Source of the DNA: an uncultured virus (IMG/VR IMGVR_UViG_3300046010_015841)
Lineage: Duplodnaviria > Heunggongvirae > Uroviricota > Caudoviricetes
Reading direction: 5' to 3' (one strand)
IMG/VR virus record: IMGVR_UViG_3300046010_015841
DNA: 64,000 bases
Every line of letters begins with the position of its first letter. The first letter of the stretch is position 1. Shown one piece after another: positions 57,401 to 64,000 of this stretch. The translations under genes were made by a program, and so were the position numbers. The notes beneath the pieces were generated by a model. That model had not been told where the DNA came from. It worked only from the letters and a program-made list of their open reading frames with translations, and searched no databases.

Positions 57401-59068
57401 TTTAAATAAATAAGGAAGATTATGGTATAAACGTTTGTAAGAATCTAATGTTAAATCTTTTCTTGGAACGTTGTTTAAGAAACTACTTGATGGTGAATAA
57501 TCACCATTAAAGTCAACACTACCACTATATCCACCCACTTGGTAATCCAACACAGTTTGATCACCTTGCGAGTTATATAATTTCATTCCAAATGATTGTA
57601 ACCAATCATATACTAAATCTTGAGAAATACCTCTATTAAGATTATTGTTATTATCCCAAAGGTCTGTTAATTTATCAATATAGATCCAAACATTATCAAA
57701 ATATTGACCTATCATATTGACAAATGTCAAATATGGGAGATAATTAGAAGGATCGTCTGTAATATAAGACGGAATTGATCCTAATAAAATATCTTTATTA
57801 TTAATATCATAAGCAACTGCTACTTCAGAAGCACTAAAAAACCAATTCTGTGCTGTTGATGATGCTGATGGGTATAATGTGTATGGTTGTGTAGAATTAG
57901 TTTTAGGATAAGGAGCAATATTGTATTCAAAGAATGATCCTGTTTCTAAAGTATATTCTACAATAGAAGATGTTAATGAACTTGAAGTATAATATAAGTA
58001 ATACTCAAACCCATCAAACTTAGAAATTATTTCATTTATACTTGAACTAGCTCTAGTTACGGAAGAAACTAATGATGGATTACTAGCTGTTAAAGGAGAA
58101 TTATTGTTAATTTCTGCTTGATAAGAGGTAATTTCACCTATTTTATACATGAAATTATACACCCTATTTTCAGCAGAACTGTAATGTATAAAGTCGTTTA
58201 AAACACTAAAATCTATATTAATATTAGTATTCTGGTTGTTAATTACATTTAAAACAACTTGATAATAAGATCCTGTAAGTGAAGAAACAAGTTGATTGTA
58301 ATTATTATAAGGTGTAGGAACTACATTTTTTAATTCTAAATCAATATCAAAGTTAGGTCCTTTTAATCTAGGTTGAGGTGGAGGAGTAATTAATTTGTCT
58401 AAATTAAGATCAAATATATAAGGATTAACTATTTCCTCTACAACCCAAAATGTATCTTTTAAAGCAATATTGTTAGGAAGTGGATTAGCTAATTTAAATA
58501 ATATACTAGCATTTCCATCACTATCAACATCACTTACTGCATTAACGGCTATTGATTGGTTATTACTTCCAAAGTTTAATATTACATAGTAATAGTAAGG
58601 AACAGTAGCTTGTCTTTGAGTAAAACTTGAAACTATTGAAAGTAATTGATCATTCGTTAAGATGGTCGAATTTACTCTTACTTCAGTTCTATCGGTAGAA
58701 ATCTGCTGGATAAATAGCTGGTTACTAAAAGGTTCACCTGATATTTTTCTAAAGAAATTATATCTAGTGGTTACTTCACCTGATTCATATCCTAAATTTC
58801 TAATATCTTGAATAGGGTCTATTTCAAGAACAGGAAGTAAACTTTGAGAATACCCAACATTAGAAGGTAACTTATATGATTGATAATTATAGTTTGTATT
58901 TAATACACTACCTCCAAGATCAAAAACATAAAACTCAATATAATCGTTAGAAGCACCAAACGTTTCTTGTTGTACACTAGGAAGTAATAATCTTTCATCC
59001 TGTAGTGGATAACGATTAATTATGTCTGTATTAAGAACTTCGCCTACTATAGTAATATTAGATGCCAT
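54473..59068 (-). CDS. Large baseplate/tail structural protein
   Basis: 1531 aa; MIGQYFDNVW, RLYHNLPYLFKAKG; lies downstream of the gp6-like gene. Confidence 0.6.
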   Translation of the reverse strand: MASNITIVGEVLNTDIINRYPLQDERLLLPSVQQETFGASNDYIEFYVFDLGGSVLNTNYNYQSYKLPSNVGYSQSLLPVLEIDPIQDIRNLGYESGEVTTRYNFFRKISGEPFSNQLFIQQISTDRTEVRVNSTILTNDQLLSIVSSFTQRQATVPYYYYVILNFGSNNQSIAVNAVSDVDSDGNASILFKLANPLPNNIALKDTFWVVEEIVNPYIFDLNLDKLITPPPQPRLKGPNFDIDLELKNVVPTPYNNYNQLVSSLTGSYYQVVLNVINNQNTNINIDFSVLNDFIHYSSAENRVYNFMYKIGEITSYQAEINNNSPLTASNPSLVSSVTRASSSINEIISKFDGFEYYLYYTSSSLTSSIVEYTLETGSFFEYNIAPYPKTNSTQPYTLYPSASSTAQNWFFSASEVAVAYDINNKDILLGSIPSYITDDPSNYLPYLTFVNMIGQYFDNVWIYIDKLTDLWDNNNNLNRGISQDLVYDWLQSFGMKLYNSQGDQTVLDYQVGGYSGSVDFNGDYSPSSSFLNNVPRKDLTLDSYKRLYHNLPYLFKAKGAHGGLEGLITLFGITGSILPIKEYGGMTDSQELKGYTTDKINIGSNIITGSVLSPIKRLETSPTSSRAVKSQDLHFIDVSFSPETQIDAAVSASIVAINPNWILDDYIGDPRDLQLNTYPSLSYEREYWFGQTFNEPFDYGGFIRLIQFFDNSLFKMVKDFTPARGNTWTGVSIKSPVLERPKVAQYQPLFFRTNEFSATPESASLEPVYDPYYYYLAGDKADYYNGNIPGSSLDTYLVFQENNRNPFLVDNTIGYIPPGFISGNTDFVLNYDSPRPENFFLNSDFNVLQNNVDVSLTSEYRKKLIPILSTDALGRNFTSYSISGSVELQDSYLSLTAYTRPRYSGVQLYGRQFNTWSVGDNSYGQSPVINYNVKKLGLFTEVVENRYLPYKTNATLKYLVNESGSLTELNLRNRNWEEVQNTFETGDFLNVSLFDPKKFGNQIQTNGNKLIAESGYSYFPIFYAYGSESAPANWTASAVFNSVVGSSSNIVNRYFTVFASSGSLVPVGQLGSPYVSSSYSAAGTVNMQEVWNLFNITGSNTSFGGYFFTGSGPGGTSFNSTSSYYQIPAEGIYQFTYDFNIQTTASIINPANTFTASMELWLSSSTGTYTLLDQNKQTVAYQGGYYNAVLENLPNGYNQYSFTPSQDVFDIILLNGYDIRQVNVFGQVVNTISITGGDKTFRAYDVTGRIYVPSFGDDQFVYLGIIWVELPTIPTMGNIFNITYYTNIDSIPVTGNANQSFLFRRSIDINTTGSVNPGDKVEFRFFIDSGGVSQAYLNPYGSIKVVPTNGNLIANNIEVCVDQTQNAFYLNNNLSNFYGPSLFFNPLDSQVSASYGSLYEDYGDIFYPFSLEPNDKIVIQITNANGPILEYTVKSVVTVAGPNNTSFIYFVTYEDIDGYFGNLCSQYYKILFIKRIIDETSVILDFPKPEGKTSYGYIIPQNISPAVMANIDTINRNVNQQLVDVGVGVTT

Positions 59069-59411
59069 TATTTGCTAGTTGTTGTGTTAAATTTGCATTT
59101 TGGGTTTCTGCGTCTAATAATTGTTGTCTTAAATCAGTTATTTCTTGTAGTAAAGCTTGAACATCAACATCCTCAGCAAAAGTAACACCTAAATATTCTG
59201 CTTCTCTGTTTAATATATAAGTGTGTGAATTGATTTCTCCTTCTCTAGGTATCTCAAAAAATAACTCATCATATAAAGCAAAAAATTCATCTATTGTTAT
59301 TTCAGGAACCGTTGGTTCTGTAACACCTAATTCTCTAAATTGTGTGTCTATAACTTTAGAGAATCTATTCTTGTCGTATATTGCACGTCTAACAGGAATA
59401 TTTTCTGCCAT
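59058..59411 (-). CDS. Hypothetical structural protein with C-terminal coiled coil
   Basis: 117-aa ORF coupled to both neighbours. Confidence 0.6.
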   Translation of the reverse strand: MAENIPVRRAIYDKNRFSKVIDTQFRELGVTEPTVPEITIDEFFALYDELFFEIPREGEINSHTYILNREAEYLGVTFAEDVDVQALLQEITDLRQQLLDAETQNANLTQQLANNGI

Positions 59412-60499
59412 TATTTATTTATTTTAAATGTATATTGATTATCAAATACCATTGTAGATCCATTAGAAAAAGTAGATTTAATTAATATCTTATAAAGTCT
59501 TTCAGGTTGAAGACCATTCATATATAAATTAAAATAGTTTCCGTTTGGATCACAACTTACTTTAGTGTAGTTAACATCATAGTCTATAACATAATCTCCT
59601 GTATCTACGTCTTGAAGAGCATAATAAGAGGCAGATGGTAAAGCACTATTTAAAGTATAAACAGATACTGTTGTAAATTGTCTTGCAGGGTATATAGGTC
59701 TAGCGTTTACTCTAAACTGATATTTGGTATCTCTATCATATTGGCCTATATTATTCCCTACAGTAACTGTGGTATTATTATTAGATAATACAGCTAAAGA
59801 ACCAGTATTGTATACACTATCATTCCACCTAATTTCAAGTTGTGGAGGATAAATAGTATGGGTATCTTTAGAAAAGAATTTTAATGAATAAGATGATGAA
59901 GGATTAAATTCATATCCTGATTCCATTCTAACTAGGAAACCATCATTTTTAACATTTAGATTATTAAAATTACCTACAATATCAGTAACTTCAATATCTG
60001 TATCTTTTGTACTATTAATAGCAAAAGATTGAGAATCTTCAAACAATGTGTACCATGTTGCTCCTCCAGGGCTATCGTTTTGAAACGATGCCGTAGTATC
60101 AGCAGCAAAACTAGAAGTACGCCAATTATTAGTACTATTTCTTTGTTTCCATGTACAATCTGTTGTTACCGATGGATCATATAAAAATCTACCTGTACCT
60201 ACTTCCCAAGATTGAGAAACAGGATTAACAAATAATGTGTAATTATCTGGCAATTCAGTACCATCAGCAACGAATAATTTTAAAAATGCTTTGTAGTTCC
60301 CGGGACCACCAGCTTTAACAATAGTTTCTTGAATTTCTGAAAGAGGGAATTGAACTAGAATTCGTGATACCTGCGCATCGTTATTAGAAGATGATGGTTC
60401 ATTTTGAATTTCTAATATTTGATCAAGCCCCGTATTCATTAGGGGATATGCGGAGTAAATAGTAGTGTCCTTTTCAGGATATATTTTATAGATGGCCAT
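59411..60499 (-). CDS. Beta-rich virion protein (DNRLRE-like domain)
   Basis: KDTTIYS..NTG..L, SRILVQF, LKLF, SWEVG, PQLEI. Confidence 0.55.
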   Translation of the reverse strand: MAIYKIYPEKDTTIYSAYPLMNTGLDQILEIQNEPSSSNNDAQVSRILVQFPLSEIQETIVKAGGPGNYKAFLKLFVADGTELPDNYTLFVNPVSQSWEVGTGRFLYDPSVTTDCTWKQRNSTNNWRTSSFAADTTASFQNDSPGGATWYTLFEDSQSFAINSTKDTDIEVTDIVGNFNNLNVKNDGFLVRMESGYEFNPSSSYSLKFFSKDTHTIYPPQLEIRWNDSVYNTGSLAVLSNNNTTVTVGNNIGQYDRDTKYQFRVNARPIYPARQFTTVSVYTLNSALPSASYYALQDVDTGDYVIDYDVNYTKVSCDPNGNYFNLYMNGLQPERLYKILIKSTFSNGSTMVFDNQYTFKINK

Positions 60500-60515
60500 C
60501 TATTAATTTATTTAC

Positions 60516-60524
60516 AATAAATAT
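60516..60524 (-). promoter_or_regulatory. Putative late promoter motif
   Basis: ATATTTATT. Confidence 0.6.
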
Positions 60525-60531
60525 AGAATTA

Positions 60532-62346
60532 TTAGAAAGTTACAACTCTACCTTGGATATCCAAGTCAGGGAATCTAACCTCAAATATAGATGGATCTAA
60601 CGAAGGATACAAAATATCATTTCTAATAGCACCCTGTACGTCATAACTGTATGGAGAATAATTACCTCCTGAAAGATTTGTAAAGCTAAACTTTACAACT
60701 GACTGTACACCTTTAATTTGTAATAAAAGACCAGCAACATCTGATATAATAACTGGCTGGTTAATTTGCCATTTATCTATATCAAAGTAGTCTTGTAGTG
60801 CTAAAATACAATCAGATAATATTTGTTGGTTACTTAACCCTGGAATAACTGTTATATCAAAGTTAATACCTATATTAATGTAAAAGGCATCTTTGATAGT
60901 AATAGCATCTGTAACCATTCTAAATGGTTGTAAGTATTCCTTTAAATTAGTTTTAAGATCAAGTGTAGCGTTTTCTAATTGTTTATTATCATTATAAGCT
61001 AAAATATACATTGATAAAGCAAGCGGGTTATTATCAATTAATGGGTCATTACCTGCTTGAACCGATAAAGCGGATGCTTGTTCTACGTATACTTTAGCAA
61101 TAGTACCAAATTGGGATGGCATACTTAAAGCACGAGTCATATAATCGTCTTTAGTTACTGATCTCAATTGGGCTGAAAATGCATTTAATGTATTCAAACG
61201 AATTTCTTCTACTGTATCTCCTCCTCTACCACCACTTGAAGGTATTGGATTAGTACAAACTAATGTAGTTAAAGAAGTATTTGTATTAGCAGGGTTTGTA
61301 GCTGTTATACCTGCTGTTGATAATATTTGTATAATATCTCCTGCTGGTAAATTAGACTCAACACCTCCTCCTACTGTGTATTGAACATATAAACTAATAT
61401 TAGCAGGTACAGTACCATACTGTTTAGTATAGAACACAGCAGCCTGATTGTAATTATTTACTAGGTCAGATGTATCTGCTGGTGGTATTAATCCAAGTTG
61501 AATTGTATTTGGGTTTGGAATAATAACATCATCAGGATCATTTACATACATTCCTGAACCAAACTGTAATTCTACAATATCGTCTGTTTTAATTCTTGTA
61601 ACATAACGATTTGGTGTTTGTAATAAACTTAATAAATAAGGAACTTTATCAATATTAGCTCCCGTATTAACAGTTTTATTAATGATATTAGATTGAGCTA
61701 AATAAGGTACTTCATACCATACACTACTATCACTTCCTGTTACTTGTAATACCTGTAAAAAGTTAGGTTCATTTAATTCAACTGAAGTGAACTTAACAGG
61801 TGCTCCAAAAGTAAAATTTGTACTTTTAATTTCAGCAGAAATTGCTCTTGTAGATTTTTTAAATAGATAATTACTTGCATTAAACAAACTAATTTCTACA
61901 GATCCAGTATCATTAAAATCTACTCTATCAACTGTTAAAAATTTAATACCTGTAGATACAGAAGCAAGTTGTGTATTTTCTGGGATTGTTAATGCATAGC
62001 TTAAATCAGGTTGACCTGCTACAATAGGTACTCTTTGGTAAAAGTCAATTGTAGTAACAGCAGCATAAGATGTTTTAGGGCGGTATCCTAATGAATAGGC
62101 CATGTTTAACAAATTCTGTTTTTCAACAGCCGTTAAAACAAAGTTTTCTTGAATTTGGGTATCAGTATAAAACGATAATACATCACCAACATAAGCAGCC
62201 ATTTCAATAAACATCGTACCAGGGGATGCTTCTGAAAAGTCTGTATAAGTGTTTGGGAAATAATTTTTTGCAAACTCAATAAGGGAAGCCTTAAATTGAG
62301 TAAAATTCTTATTTAAATATGATATGTTTTTATTATTGTTTGCCAT
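60532..62346 (-). CDS. Baseplate wedge protein, T4 gp6-like
   Basis: YTDFSEASPGTMFIEMAAYVGDVLSFY, GYRP, GGRGGDTVEEIR, RSVTKDDY. Confidence 0.85.
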   Translation of the reverse strand: MANNNKNISYLNKNFTQFKASLIEFAKNYFPNTYTDFSEASPGTMFIEMAAYVGDVLSFYTDTQIQENFVLTAVEKQNLLNMAYSLGYRPKTSYAAVTTIDFYQRVPIVAGQPDLSYALTIPENTQLASVSTGIKFLTVDRVDFNDTGSVEISLFNASNYLFKKSTRAISAEIKSTNFTFGAPVKFTSVELNEPNFLQVLQVTGSDSSVWYEVPYLAQSNIINKTVNTGANIDKVPYLLSLLQTPNRYVTRIKTDDIVELQFGSGMYVNDPDDVIIPNPNTIQLGLIPPADTSDLVNNYNQAAVFYTKQYGTVPANISLYVQYTVGGGVESNLPAGDIIQILSTAGITATNPANTNTSLTTLVCTNPIPSSGGRGGDTVEEIRLNTLNAFSAQLRSVTKDDYMTRALSMPSQFGTIAKVYVEQASALSVQAGNDPLIDNNPLALSMYILAYNDNKQLENATLDLKTNLKEYLQPFRMVTDAITIKDAFYINIGINFDITVIPGLSNQQILSDCILALQDYFDIDKWQINQPVIISDVAGLLLQIKGVQSVVKFSFTNLSGGNYSPYSYDVQGAIRNDILYPSLDPSIFEVRFPDLDIQGRVVTF

Positions 62347-62762
62347 TACTCAAAATTAACTGTTACTGTGTCTGTTTGTCCTGAAATTAGAATTTGATAT
62401 ATTATTTTAATAACTAAAGAATTACTAACATTATTTGGTTCTTGTGTAAATTCTATATTATTAATTGATATTTCAGGAATATACACTTGAACACTGTCTC
62501 TAATACTATCTTCAATATCGCTAAAAGAGGCTTCAGTCATTGGGTTAAATAACTGAGATCTTAAAGTTGTTCCAAAATTAGGATTGTCAATCCTTTCACC
62601 TTGGGAGGTTAATATTAGATTAATTAAATTATATTTCAATTGGTCTTTAGTTGAAAAAGTACTATAAAATACACCAGGAGCGTTAAACGGAAGTCTAACG
62701 CCTATTGCTGTGTTTCGCTGTAGATCTCTAGGATCAACTCTAGTACTTCTTACGTAAGCCAT
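62346..62762 (-). CDS. gp25: Baseplate wedge subunit, gp25/GPW family
   Basis: NLINLILTSQGERIDNPNFGTTL...LF. Confidence 0.9.
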   Translation of the reverse strand: MAYVRSTRVDPRDLQRNTAIGVRLPFNAPGVFYSTFSTKDQLKYNLINLILTSQGERIDNPNFGTTLRSQLFNPMTEASFSDIEDSIRDSVQVYIPEISINNIEFTQEPNNVSNSLVIKIIYQILISGQTDTVTVNFE

Positions 62763-63088
62763 TATTGAACATTTCTAAAATTACTAACTTCACCTGGATT
62801 TTGTCTCATTTCTGCAGCAACTTGAGCCAGCATGTTTTGGTAAACATTTTGTTTTTGAGCTGGTGTAGTTGGTTTGGCTTGTGGCGCTCCTTGCATTCCC
62901 ATTTGATCCATCAAACTTTGACGGAAAGCAGCAGGGTTAACATTTTTAGTAGTTAAATTAACTGTAGGCCATTCCTCAGTAGCAGCTAATGATTCCTGGA
63001 TTTTTTGTTTGCCGATATTGGCTAGTTCTTCTTTCAAAACTTCCCTAACGGCTTCTTTAATTAGATTTTTTAAGTCTTGTGTTTTCAT
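62762..63088 (-). CDS. Hypothetical protein with head-targeting-like N-terminus
   Basis: MKTQDLKNLIKEAVREVLKE. Confidence 0.55.
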   Translation of the reverse strand: MKTQDLKNLIKEAVREVLKEELANIGKQKIQESLAATEEWPTVNLTTKNVNPAAFRQSLMDQMGMQGAPQAKPTTPAQKQNVYQNMLAQVAAEMRQNPGEVSNFRNVQ

Positions 63089-63091
63089 ATC

Positions 63092-63100
63092 AATAAATAT
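63092..63100 (-). promoter_or_regulatory. Putative late promoter motif
   Basis: ATATTTATT, 3 nt before the ATG. Confidence 0.6.
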
Positions 63101-64000
63101 TAAGCTTCGAGATTTCGTTCGTCGATTTGGAGTTTTAAATCTTCAATTAAAACATCAGAATTTAATGTAAATGATGGTTGTGTACGTAATACGATAAATC
63201 CACTTCTATCTAAAGCAACAGCATATCTACGTTTATTTCCATCTACTACAAATTTAGGATCATTTTCTTCATATATTGCAAAAGTAAATCCTTTATATGA
63301 AACATTAGGTACTGCACCTAATTGACCACCACCTTCTAACTGTGCTACTAATGCATTAATTTCATTTGGTGATAAGTCATTGTCAATTGCTTTATCAATA
63401 ATATCGCTAATTGGTAATAATCTTGATTTTTGGTATTGTACTTCAATTACTAATCCATTTAATGCTTCTCTAGTAATTCCTAACATTACTGTTATAGAAT
63501 CTAATGTCATTATAGCATCTGTTATTTTTTTAACAGTACCCGGAGTTGCTGGGGTAGGGATTAATAATAGTATTCTAACAACTATAGAAATAATTCTTAA
63601 TATTCTTTCTAAAGTTCTAATTGTATTTCTAATTTTAGTAATTTGACGTTCAGCTTTATTTAATTCAACTAAAGCAGCATTTCGTACTACCCTTGCTCTT
63701 AATACATCCTGTTTAGTTTGAATATTTAAAATTTGTTCGTTTACTCTATCAACTAAATCAGTTAATTGCTGTACTATTTTAGCTAATCGCTGAACTTCTC
63801 TATTCAATAATTTAGATATGATAAATAGAGCTGCGGCTTTAGCTAATGATCTAATTGCTGAACTATTTTTCTTTGCAATTGCTCTAGCATCATTTATTTT
63901 AATTTTTTTAACATCTTGTTTAACAATAGTATCACTTTTCCTTTCAGATGCTTCTACTGTTTGTTTTAATTCTCTTTTCCTAAATATATTTCCTACTCTT
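63100..64000 (-). CDS. Hypothetical helical protein (5' end outside window)
   Basis: The frame of ORF 63100..63807 stays open to the window end. Confidence 0.6.
   Translation of the reverse strand, partial: RVGNIFRKRELKQTVEASERKSDTIVKQDVKKIKINDARAIAKKNSSAIRSLAKAAALFIISKLLNREVQRLAKIVQQLTDLVDRVNEQILNIQTKQDVLRARVVRNAALVELNKAERQITKIRNTIRTLERILRIISIVVRILLLIPTPATPGTVKKITDAIMTLDSITVMLGITREALNGLVIEVQYQKSRLLPISDIIDKAIDNDLSPNEINALVAQLEGGGQLGAVPNVSYKGFTFAIYEENDPKFVVDGNKRRYAVALDRSGFIVLRTQPSFTLNSDVLIEDLKLQIDERNLEA

Noticed and set aside
1..64000. Stop-codon reassignment
   Set aside because: Conserved genes are full length and densely packed under the standard bacterial code, and TAG and TGA both appear as real stops.
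1..64000. tRNA or rRNA genes
   Set aside because: No intergenic gap shows a cloverleaf with a T-loop by eye; tRNAscan-SE would confirm.

Overview
This is 64 kb of an AT-rich, large T4-like (myovirus-type) phage genome with essentially every gene on the minus strand. The host is most likely a Bacteroidota. That inference rests on five TTTG-N19/20-TAnnTT(T/A)A promoters, A-rich starts that mostly lack a Shine-Dalgarno, and a Bacteroidota-style outer-membrane beta-barrel gene. In transcription order (high to low coordinates) the window holds: (1) a baseplate/tail module with gp25-like and gp6-like genes, a 1531-aa protein, and a tail gene apparently split around a Thr/Pro-repeat cassette; (2) a GIY-YIG nuclease, primase and exonuclease; (3) about 13 kb of small and multidomain proteins carrying shared N-terminal peptides that resemble capsid-targeting or prohead-protease signals; (4) terminase, portal, protease, scaffold and major capsid genes; (5) phoH and tail-fibre-like genes; (6) a Kelch plus Thr/Pro stalk protein followed by five 2OG-Fe(II) oxygenases, a flavin halogenase-like gene and a glycosyltransferase; (7) a gp13-like neck gene. 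About 19 copies of a coding-strand motif ATATTTAT(A/T/G) precede structural genes. Several structured intergenic RNA candidates and intrinsic terminators are visible. I saw no tRNA, rRNA, CRISPR array, integrase or reverse transcriptase. Family assignments come from recognising motifs by eye, not from database searches.
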